NCBI GenBank assembly: GCA_963699255.1 | Contig: OY969425.1 | Span: 1,530,001 to 1,562,000, forward strand | Direction: 5' to 3' | DNA from: an uncultured bacterium | Lineage (GTDB): Bacteria > Margulisbacteria > WOR-1 > CAVSGV01 | Length of the DNA stretch: 32,000 nt | Part shown: positions 25,275-32,000 of the stretch, piece after piece | Numbering within the stretch: the first letter of the stretch is position 1 | How the letters are laid out: every line of letters begins with the position of its first letter | Position numbers and translations under genes: made by a program | The notes under the pieces: generated by a model | Databases searched by the model: none | What the model was told of the DNA's origin: nothing | The model's input: the letters and a program-made list of their open reading frames with translations, nothing else

Positions 25275-25811
25275 CTATCTTTTATAAAGCCCGGTCAGGA
25301 TCGCCTTGGATATTATATGTCCTTCCATGGCTTTTTCAATTTGATCTTTGTTCGCCCCTTCTTTTAATGCCAGCAGCGTGTCCAGGGCATAGAGCTTGAA
25401 TTCATAGCGGTGAGGCTTGCCTGGCGGAGGGGACGGGCTGACGTATTTTGTATTTCCCTCGCTGTTGCTTCCCATTACGGCTCCGCGGGGCGCTTCTCCT
25501 TCTCTTATCTCTCTTGTTTTCGGCCCGATATTGAAGATCAGCCAGTGGTCGAATGTCCCGTATGGAGCATCAGGATCATCCATTATCAGGACAAGGCTTT
25601 TCGATCCTGCCGGAACATTTTCAAACACCAGAGGAGGATTTATTCCTTTACCGTCCCCGGAATATTTTATCGGCAGGGATCCCATGTTCTTGAAAGCTGG
25701 GCTTTTTATCGAGATATTATAAGCGGTCATTTTCCTGCCCCCCCTTTTCGCGTACGCGGCTATTCCTGCGGCAAAAACGGCTATAAGGAGCAACGCCAGG
25801 ATCTTTTTCAT
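25275..25811 (-). CDS. YbhB/YbcL family (PEBP / Raf kinase inhibitor-like) protein with signal peptide
   Basis: The start at 25811 gives MKKILALLLIAVFAAGIAAYA. Also present: SP.F......P..Y.....G.N.PL.....P.G.KS..L...DPDAP.G.F.HW...NI and ..PP.G..HRY.F.LYALD. Confidence 0.85.
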   Translation of the reverse strand: MKKILALLLIAVFAAGIAAYAKRGGRKMTAYNISIKSPAFKNMGSLPIKYSGDGKGINPPLVFENVPAGSKSLVLIMDDPDAPYGTFDHWLIFNIGPKTREIREGEAPRGAVMGSNSEGNTKYVSPSPPPGKPHRYEFKLYALDTLLALKEGANKDQIEKAMEGHIISKAILTGLYKR

Positions 25812-25821
25812 AGCATGGAAA

Positions 25822-25850
25822 ATTATAGCTTTGGGATGTTTTATAGTCAA
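25822..25850 (-). promoter_or_regulatory. near-consensus promoter TTGACT-17-TATAAT, with the -10 box 10 nt upstream of the PEBP-family ATG; no SD
   Basis: The reverse strand reads TTGACTATAAAACATCCCAAAGCTATAATTTTCCATGCTATG. Confidence 0.55.
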
Positions 25851-25942
25851 ACGGGAGAAATCGATTTCCAATCGTATTATTTTGTGCTAAAATGCCAAAA
25901 TTTTATTATCTTGCTGTGTCTTATCTGACTGGAGGTGTGTAA

Positions 25943-26458
25943 ATGTTGTTTGGGTCCAGGTTTAATGGAAATTCGCCGATGAGATTTTTCAAGATATTCA
26001 TGCTTCCTTTCAAATTCCATCCAACCAGATCTGTTGTTATGGAAGGAGAAGGGAGCCTGTCCAAGACATTCTCTTTTAATGATGAAACTAAAAGATTGAT
26101 CATGGGAGTCAGGGCGCATACAATGCCGGATAACTCGGAAAGGCTTAGAAAAGGATTGATCAATTTCGAAAAAAAGGAAATGATCTTGGGTGAGGAGGAT
26201 AAGCATGAAAAGATCGCCAAGAGATATAACCTCCAAATCAGGACAGTTGATGAAAAAAACAATCCCCAAACATTTCTCCAAAAAGGCTGGTACGGGTTCT
26301 CCATAGATTGCAGTAATATTGAAGCAAGCATTGTGTTTTTTAACCGGAAAAGCGGTTATTACGGCAGTATCCCAGGAAAATACGCGCCTGCTTTTGAGGC
26401 CCTAATGATAGAATTGTTTCATGATTATATTGAGGAATATGCATTTACAAATGTATAA
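25943..26458 (+). CDS. hypothetical protein, paralog P1 of an unrecognised family
   Basis: 171 aa with a GGAGGTG SD. It shares GLINF...M.L, KGWYGFS.DC and IPGKYA..FE with P2-P4. Confidence 0.65.
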   Translation: MLFGSRFNGNSPMRFFKIFMLPFKFHPTRSVVMEGEGSLSKTFSFNDETKRLIMGVRAHTMPDNSERLRKGLINFEKKEMILGEEDKHEKIAKRYNLQIRTVDEKNNPQTFLQKGWYGFSIDCSNIEASIVFFNRKSGYYGSIPGKYAPAFEALMIELFHDYIEEYAFTNV

Positions 26459-26517
26459 GGATTATTATCACAAGGCCTCCTTAAGCGATATAACAAGATA
26501 AATGCTTTCCTATAATA

Positions 26518-26523
26518 TATAAT
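26518..26523 (+). promoter_or_regulatory. candidate -10 box (TATAAT; a second one at 26511-26516) 8 nt upstream of the ATG at 26532; no SD
   Basis: The sequence reads CCTATAATATATAATCAGCTTGTATG. Confidence 0.3.
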
Positions 26524-26531
26524 CAGCTTGT

Positions 26532-27095
26532 ATGCCTGAAAATGCCATTAAACAGCGGCTTGAGGACATTAACGCGATATCGATCGCCATAGACACTTAT
26601 GACGATATATTCTCGGACTTCGATCCGCGCGACCTGACGCAGAGGGACCTTTCGGAGGACTTCATCATAGAGATCACAAGGCGCCACAGGCAGGACATAA
26701 AGGGTAAATATGACGTTGTGCTTGTGGCCCCGAAGTCGATAGAGGACCCCGTCGCGGAAAAGAAGATAATCTCCAGGCTTAACAGGTACTTCAACCAGAA
26801 ACACGCGAGATATGTGAAGGCGATACACGAGATACGGATAAGGGGGCTTATCTACATCGCCTCCGGCATGGCGCTGCTTATCGCGCTTACCCTCCTTACA
26901 TATTATAGGAAGCTGGATACCCTTACCCGCGAGATAGCCGGGATCATGTTCATGCCGCTGGGATGGTTCGGCATCTGGGAGGGCTTTTCAAAGATCGTGG
27001 ACATACCGTTCAAGCTTGAGAGCGACACGCAGGTGTACAGGAAGCTTGCCCGTGCCGCGTACAAATTTGACCACATCGGAGAAGCGAAAAAGTAA
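26532..27095 (+). CDS. hypothetical membrane protein (soluble N-terminal half, then two closely spaced TM helices)
   Basis: 187 aa. The hydrophobic segments are GLIYIASGMALLIALTLLTYY and IAGIMFMPLGWFGIWEGF. Its GC content is visibly higher than that of the flanking paralogs. Confidence 0.6.
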   Translation: MPENAIKQRLEDINAISIAIDTYDDIFSDFDPRDLTQRDLSEDFIIEITRRHRQDIKGKYDVVLVAPKSIEDPVAEKKIISRLNRYFNQKHARYVKAIHEIRIRGLIYIASGMALLIALTLLTYYRKLDTLTREIAGIMFMPLGWFGIWEGFSKIVDIPFKLESDTQVYRKLARAAYKFDHIGEAKK

Positions 27096-27178
27096 CCTTC
27101 GGAAGCACCCCGTTGATATTGAACATCTGCTGAAATTTTGGCCTCAAATATCCGATAATCCTTCAGGAGGCATCCTTA

Positions 27179-27783
27179 ATGAGAGCAAGTAAAATTGATG
27201 TAAATAAGCTTGCCATGCGCGTTATGCCGCAAAAAATGCCGGCTCGGCGCTGTAAGATCGCTGACATAAAGATCAATTTTGACGCGCTTACAGGATCTGT
27301 ACTTGAAAAGATCGGGTCCGGAACGATGCGCGATTTTTTTCCGGTTTGATAAATTTCAGGTCAGGCCAGATAACTCTAATGAGCTCAGATAGTCACAGGG
27401 AGCTGTTCCAGTTGAAAAAGCTGGTGATGAGCAAAAAAAACCCAATAAGCGGCTGGTATGGTTTCCGTGTCAGTTATTATGATTTTTACCGGAAGATCAT
27501 AACAATTTCCCCGGGCAACGCGCAATTTCCCAGGATACCGATAAAATTCTCTTCGGTTTTTGAGCGCCGCATGAATGAACTGTTTGGAGAAAAAGCGGCC
27601 ATGATACTATTCCAGCAGATGAGTTATGACAGGGGTCTATCCAAGGGAGAACAAGAACGCTGGCAGACCGTTCTACAAGCGAACAACATGTTGCTGGTGA
27701 CAGAGAGCATATCAAATGACGATCTAAGAAAGATCGTCCATAAAATATCAAAACATCCTAATCCCTCAATTTTGTTGAAATAA
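27179..27783 (+). pseudogene. paralog P2 of the unrecognised family, with a single-base frameshift near 27318-27325 (or a sequencing error)
   Basis: The ATG at 27179 follows AGGAGG. Frame A reads MRASKIDVNKLAMRVMPQKMPARRCKIADIKINFDALTGSVLEKIGSG, then frame B reads NDARFFSGLINFRSGQITLMSS... Joined, the two are collinear with P4 LTGSIVEKIRAQSDVSIIKGLINF. The 605-nt length is 3n+2. Confidence 0.65.
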
Positions 27784-27857
27784 ACTGAAATTTCGCTCTC
27801 ATAATGACGATAATAGGCATGTAGCGGTTGGAACATTGGCTTTAGGAGGTAATATTT

Positions 27858-28400
27858 ATGGATATTAGAGCAGTTAAAGACAGCTTTTTATTCTGTCAAA
27901 CGTTTAACAAAAAATTAAATATCAGTTTTCCAAATCCATCGACAAAGGCGGTTTTTGACAAGATCGGCGTTCAAAGCGATCTGAAGCATGTTACCGGCAT
28001 GATCAATTTTAGATTACGCCAGATGCATCTTATGGAATCCGGCTGTCACGAAGATCTGGCAAAACAAGAAGGTTTACAGGTAAGCACATTTGTTTTAAAA
28101 AAGGGTTGGTTTCCTTTTAGCCTGAACTGTGCCGATATCCATTCGGGTCTTCTGGAGGTGTCTACCTTTAGCAGCCCATTCGGCGGGATGCCCATAAAGT
28201 ACTCTTCGATCTTTGAAAAAAGCATTAAGGGGTTATTCGGCAGTAAAGCGGACAGGATCTTATTCCTGCAAATGGGTTATGAGAGGGGCATATCTGACGC
28301 TGAAAAAGCGGATTGGACCAAAATTTTACGCTCCAGAGACATGTTGTGGGCGTCGACAAGCCTGTCAAATTATGAAATAGAAAAATTTCTTCTCAAATAA
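27858..28400 (+). CDS. hypothetical protein, paralog P3
   Basis: 180 aa with an AGGAGG SD. Motifs: GMINFRLRQMHL, KKGWFPFSLNC, MPIKYSSIFEKSIKGLFGSKADRILFLQMGYERGISDAEK. Confidence 0.7.
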   Translation: MDIRAVKDSFLFCQTFNKKLNISFPNPSTKAVFDKIGVQSDLKHVTGMINFRLRQMHLMESGCHEDLAKQEGLQVSTFVLKKGWFPFSLNCADIHSGLLEVSTFSSPFGGMPIKYSSIFEKSIKGLFGSKADRILFLQMGYERGISDAEKADWTKILRSRDMLWASTSLSNYEIEKFLLK

Positions 28401-28487
28401 TTGATCTATATGTTCTGAAAAGTCTTGAAATATCGCTTTTGTATTTGGAGATGTGAGCATAGAAAGGCATGAAAAGGAAAAACGTAT

Positions 28488-29057
28488 ATGGTTCATACGG
28501 TAAAGATAAAAGGCGTCAAATTCAACACCTGCAAATTCTTTTGCGAAAAAGCGGTCCCTCTTAGAACGATCCTCAAGAACCTGAAAACAATAAAATATGA
28601 CGTAAACGGGGGGACCACAGATCGCATCGAAGACCATTCTAATATAAAGCTCCAATACGATAAGTTAACGGGATCCATCGTTGAAAAAATACGGGCTCAA
28701 AGTGACGTGTCGATCATCAAAGGGTTGATCAATTTTAAAACAGGCGGGATGCATCTGGGTGAAGTGAAAGAGGCCGAGTATCTGGCAAAGCAAAAAAGAC
28801 TTCTAAAAAGCGAAATAGCTTTAAAGGAGGGATGGTATCCCTTTGTCTTGGATTGCAGCTATGTAAAGGCGGGAGTTCTTCTGGTGAGCCCGTTCAGCGA
28901 TGTGTTCGGAGGAATTCCAGCTGAATATTCTTCCATTTTTGAAAGCCATATAAGGGGTTTATTCGGCGATAAAGTGGAAAACATCTCTTTTTTAAGGATG
29001 TATTATCGGGGAAACGTGCCGCAGGATAATACGTCGAATAAAACACACTCCCTGTGA
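28488..29057 (+). CDS. hypothetical protein, paralog P4
   Basis: 189 aa. Motifs: GLINFKTGGMHL, KEGWYPFVLDC, IPAEYSSIFESHIRGLFGDK. Confidence 0.65.
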   Translation: MVHTVKIKGVKFNTCKFFCEKAVPLRTILKNLKTIKYDVNGGTTDRIEDHSNIKLQYDKLTGSIVEKIRAQSDVSIIKGLINFKTGGMHLGEVKEAEYLAKQKRLLKSEIALKEGWYPFVLDCSYVKAGVLLVSPFSDVFGGIPAEYSSIFESHIRGLFGDKVENISFLRMYYRGNVPQDNTSNKTHSL

Positions 29058-29100
29058 CCAAATCGATGAACATTTCTCCCCCTAAATAAGTACCTCGTTC

Positions 29101-29109
29101 TGCTATAAT
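29101..29109 (+). promoter_or_regulatory. extended -10 promoter element TGCTATAAT
   Basis: It matches TGnTATAAT. An ATG (29116) lies 6 nt downstream with no SD. Confidence 0.45.
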
Positions 29110-29115
29110 TACCGT

Positions 29116-29277
29116 ATGGTCAAAAACTTCCTCATAAAAACCTACGGCCCCGACACTCCCGACACCGTGGTCGGGACAAGTTCGGTCGGGGCAAGCTGCC
29201 ACCCTCCTGCGCTGAAGCTTCCGCCTTCGCCAAGGCTTCGGCGGACAAGTCGTAGGGCAGGGATGAACGATCTATGA
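29116..29277 (+). other. 53-codon upstream ORF / structured GC-rich leader of miaB; its first 11 codons mimic the MiaB N-terminus
   Basis: MVKNFLIKTYGPDTPDTVVG... compared with MiaB MKYFIKTYGCQMN. The stop TGA overlaps the miaB ATG (ATGA at 29274-29277). The nested hairpins read CCCCGAC..CCCGAC-ACCGTG-GTCGGG..GTCGGGG. Confidence 0.35.
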
Positions 29278-30644
29278 AGTATTTCATCAAAACCTATGGA
29301 TGCCAGATGAATGTTAATGATTCCGAGATGATGGCGGGACTGCTTTCTGAGGCAGGATACGTCCAGGCCGATTCTCCCGGTAGCGCAGATGTCATCCTCA
29401 TCAATACCTGCTGCGTCCGCCAGAGGGCTGAGGATAAAGCGATTGGCTACGCGCTGGGCCTTGTCGCGCCGAAAATGAGAAAGCCGGGTAGGGTGATCGG
29501 GATCATCGGATGCATCGCCGAAAAAGATAAGAACGAGATATTCAAAAAACTGCCGTTCGTAGATCTTGTGGTCGGGCCCGGACAGGAAGCGAGGGTCGTC
29601 CAGCTTATAGAGGAGGTAAAAAGCGGCGGCGAAAAGGCCGCTGTCGTTGGAGATAACTGCGGGGAGTACCCGTCAAGATCGGCAAAAAGGAAACCCTCGG
29701 TGCAGGCGTATGTCACGATCATGTTCGGCTGCGATAATTTCTGCTCATACTGCATCGTTCCGTATGTGAGAGGAAGGGAAAGAAGCCGCCCGGCAAAAGA
29801 CATAATAGGGGAGATCGAAGAGCTTGATAAAAGTATTTATAAAGAAATAGTTTTGCTGGGGCAGAACGTAAACAACTACAGAGATGCGACAATTGGTACC
29901 CGCAGAGACGAGCTCTGCTCTTCAAATGTTGAGAGCGGAGTTTATCTCCGCGAACAATTGCCTACAGCTTCCGGAACTTATGGATTAGCAGAGTTGTTGA
30001 GGGATGTCCACAAAATTGACGGCGTTGAACGCATACGGTTCTTAACTTCCCATCCACGCGATATGTCAGATGATATCATCGATGCGGTGAGCGACCTGCC
30101 CAAGGTCTGCGAATATTTCCACATCCCTCTGCAGTCCGGCGATGATGAGATACTTAAAAGGATGAACAGGGGATATACTTCCGGCCAGTTCAGGGAGCTG
30201 GTCAGGAGGATCAGGTTAAAGATCCCCGAAGCGGCGATCACTTCCGATGCTATTGCGGGATTCCCCGGCGAGACGGATGAGCAATTCAAACATACGCTCG
30301 ATCTTATCTCCGAACTTGAGCTCGACCTTGTCAATACTTTTTCATATTCAACGCGTCCCGGCACGCCTGCGGCAAAAATGGACGGCCAGATCGACGAAAA
30401 AGCAAAAAAAGAAAGGCTTCAGGCGCTTATGAAAGTTGTTGAGGGGACTGCATTAAGAAAAAATCAGGGATTGATGGGGACCATCCAGGAGGTCCTTATA
30501 GATTCCAGTTCAAAGGACGGGCTTACTGGAAGAACGAGGGGAAATAAGATCGTTCAGGTCGACGGGGCGGATGGAGCGGTCGGGAAACTCCTGAAAGTGA
30601 AGATCACAGGCGCCAGCGCGTGGGGATTGAAGGCGAGTATGTAA
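29274..30644 (+). CDS. miaB: tRNA-2-methylthio-N6-dimethylallyladenosine synthase (radical SAM methylthiotransferase)
   Basis: 456 aa with KTYGCQMN, INTCCVR, GCDNFCSYCIVPYVRGRERS (CxxxCxxC) and a C-terminal TRAM-like region. Confidence 0.9.
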   Translation: MKYFIKTYGCQMNVNDSEMMAGLLSEAGYVQADSPGSADVILINTCCVRQRAEDKAIGYALGLVAPKMRKPGRVIGIIGCIAEKDKNEIFKKLPFVDLVVGPGQEARVVQLIEEVKSGGEKAAVVGDNCGEYPSRSAKRKPSVQAYVTIMFGCDNFCSYCIVPYVRGRERSRPAKDIIGEIEELDKSIYKEIVLLGQNVNNYRDATIGTRRDELCSSNVESGVYLREQLPTASGTYGLAELLRDVHKIDGVERIRFLTSHPRDMSDDIIDAVSDLPKVCEYFHIPLQSGDDEILKRMNRGYTSGQFRELVRRIRLKIPEAAITSDAIAGFPGETDEQFKHTLDLISELELDLVNTFSYSTRPGTPAAKMDGQIDEKAKKERLQALMKVVEGTALRKNQGLMGTIQEVLIDSSSKDGLTGRTRGNKIVQVDGADGAVGKLLKVKITGASAWGLKASM

Positions 30645-30646
30645 GT

Positions 30647-30655
30647 TGATATAAT
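30647..30655 (+). promoter_or_regulatory. extended -10 element TGATATAAT upstream of prs
   Basis: It is followed by a leader carrying the AAGGAGG SD before the GTG start at 30688. Confidence 0.4.
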
Positions 30656-30687
30656 CAGGCTATCTGATCCGATAAGGAGGAACAACA

Positions 30688-31629
30688 GTGCCAAACAATG
30701 AAATGAAGATCTTTTCCGGTACCTCTCACCCCGAATTTGCAAAGAATATCGCGAAGATCCTGGGCAAGGACCTTTCAAAGATAAACATATCAAGGTTCTC
30801 AGGCGGGGAGATATACGCCAGGCTTACAGATAATGTAAGGGGCGCGTCGGCCTATGTCATCCAGACCTGCACACACAGCGTCAACGATGACCTGATGGAG
30901 CTTTTCATAGTCATCGACGCGCTGAAAAGGGCGTCGGCAAAGAGCATCACGGCGGTCATTCCGCATTTCGGTTACGCCAGGCAGGACAAGAAGTCCGCTT
31001 CAAGGGAGCCGATATCGGCCAAGCTTGTCGCCGACCTCCTCACCACCGCCGGGATAGACAGGATAATCACCATGGACCTGCACTCCGACCAGATACAGGG
31101 GTTCTTCAACCTGCCGGTCGATCATTTGACCGCCATGCCGATACTGGCTGGCTATGTCAAGGAGAAAAAGCTCAAGAATCCGGTGGTCGTTGCCCCGGAT
31201 ACGGGCAGGGCAAAGACCGCCAAGAAACTCAGCGACAGGATAGGCTCTCCGCTGGTCATTCTGCACAAGACACGTCCGGAACACCAGAAGGCGGAGATAA
31301 TGCATGTTGTCGGCGACGTGGCCGGCAAGACGCCGATAATGATAGACGACATGATAGATACGGCCGGCACCGCGACAAGAGGGGTGGACATACTCAGGGA
31401 GCAGGGATGCATCGATGAGATATATTTCCTGTCAACCCACGGGATATTTTCCGGACCGGCGGTCGAGAAAATGAACAAGGCCAGGTTCAAGGAGATAGTC
31501 GTGACCGATACGATCCCTGTCGGAGGAAAGGACATAAAAGGGCTGAAGGTCGTTTCCGTGGCTCCGCTTTTTGCGGAAGCGATAAAGAGAAGCTATGAAA
31601 ATCTCTCCATAAGCTCTTTGTTCGATTAG
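30688..31629 (+). CDS. prs: ribose-phosphate pyrophosphokinase
   Basis: 313 aa with F.GGE...R..E.VRG, YARQD(K)K and a PRPP-binding loop IMIDDMIDTAGT. Confidence 0.9.
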   Translation: MPNNEMKIFSGTSHPEFAKNIAKILGKDLSKINISRFSGGEIYARLTDNVRGASAYVIQTCTHSVNDDLMELFIVIDALKRASAKSITAVIPHFGYARQDKKSASREPISAKLVADLLTTAGIDRIITMDLHSDQIQGFFNLPVDHLTAMPILAGYVKEKKLKNPVVVAPDTGRAKTAKKLSDRIGSPLVILHKTRPEHQKAEIMHVVGDVAGKTPIMIDDMIDTAGTATRGVDILREQGCIDEIYFLSTHGIFSGPAVEKMNKARFKEIVVTDTIPVGGKDIKGLKVVSVAPLFAEAIKRSYENLSISSLFD

Positions 31630-31663
31630 AGGGTAGGGATCAGGGGTTAGGAGTTAGTGATCA

Positions 31664-32000
31664 GTGAATAATAAGATAAAGATAGGCATCATCGGATTGG
31701 GGACAGTGGGCTCGTCGGTCGTGAGCGTCCTCAGGAAAAACTCCGCCCTGATAGAGAAGAGATCGGGCGTGAAGATAGAAATAAAGAAAGCGGCCGATGT
31801 AAGGAACAAGAGGGACGTCGCGGGCAAAGCATACGTGAAGAACGCGCTTGATGTCATATCCGATCCTGATATTTCCATCGTTGTTGAGACCATGGGCGGC
31901 GTTACCCCGGCAAAACAGTATATCCTTTCCGCCATCAGGTCCGGAAAGTACATCGTCACTTCGAACAAAGAACTCATAGCCAAGCACGGGAAGGAAATAT
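31664..32000 (+). CDS. hom: homoserine dehydrogenase, N-terminal part; runs off the window edge
   Basis: The GTG at 31664 lies 10 nt after AGGAG. The translation reads VNNKIKIGIIGLGTVGSSVVSVL...DISIVVETMGGVTPAKQYILSAIRSGKYIVTSNKELIAKHGKEI. It is absent from the ORF track because it is open-ended. Confidence 0.8.
   Translation, partial: MNNKIKIGIIGLGTVGSSVVSVLRKNSALIEKRSGVKIEIKKAADVRNKRDVAGKAYVKNALDVISDPDISIVVETMGGVTPAKQYILSAIRSGKYIVTSNKELIAKHGKEI

Noticed and set aside
25877-26331. Two overlapping minus-strand ORFs (134 and 136 aa)
   Set aside because: They lie antisense to paralog P1. P1's coding status is supported by an SD and by paralogy with P2-P4, whereas the antisense products have no such support.
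29885-29960. About 20+ extra residues in MiaB (..NNYRDATIGTRRDELCSSNVESGVYLREQLPTASGTYGLAELL..) whose DNA contains CAATTG twice, GGTACC and GAGCTC, and is flanked by GCGACAATTG / GCGAACAATTG
   Set aside because: The cluster of 6-bp palindromes briefly looked like a polylinker or inserted element. However, the reading frame is intact, this loop is variable in MiaB proteins (E. coli also has extra residues here, from memory), and such hexamers can occur by chance. An alignment would be needed before I could call it anything.

Overview
This is a 32-kb bacterial window. I cannot assign the lineage from sequence alone. By eye the core genes are roughly 50-58% GC. Housekeeping content: queD(partial)-murI-amidase-cca on the minus strand; tmRNA (ssrA, 4080-4436); smpB; dapB; a long minus-strand block rplU-rpmA-obg / proB-proA-nadD-M16 peptidase-dut; yajQ plus a PEBP-family gene; miaB; prs; and hom (partial). 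About 11 kb of accessory DNA lies between ssrA and smpB. It contains: (i) a near-identical 254-bp tandem duplication, each copy ending in a copy of the tmRNA 3' end; (ii) mosaic multi-hairpin repeats; (iii) a markedly AT-rich island with a type II R-M pair, a small GIY-YIG protein and an OLD-family ATPase/TOPRIM nuclease; (iv) a 4.3-kb segment bracketed by a duplicated gene 3' end. That segment carries an FtsZ C-terminal-domain-only ORF, a four-helix-bundle ('23S rRNA IVS protein') gene inside giant imperfect inverted heptamer repeats, two inverted ORF6N genes (one frameshifted) flanking a C1 papain-like peptidase, and a membrane protein. A second accessory locus (25943-29057) holds four tandem paralogs of a family I do not recognise plus a 2-TM protein; I consider it the best candidate for an undescribed system. 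Three window-wide patterns stand out. Low-complexity tracts are built from degenerate 7-nt repeats, often in dyad-symmetric pairs. A long hairpin family shows strand-specific G-U-compatible substitutions. TATAAT boxes recur 6-10 nt upstream of start codons that lack a Shine-Dalgarno (SD) sequence, suggesting leaderless mRNAs. No integrase, transposase, CRISPR array, rRNA or tRNA gene was seen. All family calls come from motif recognition by eye; no searches were run.
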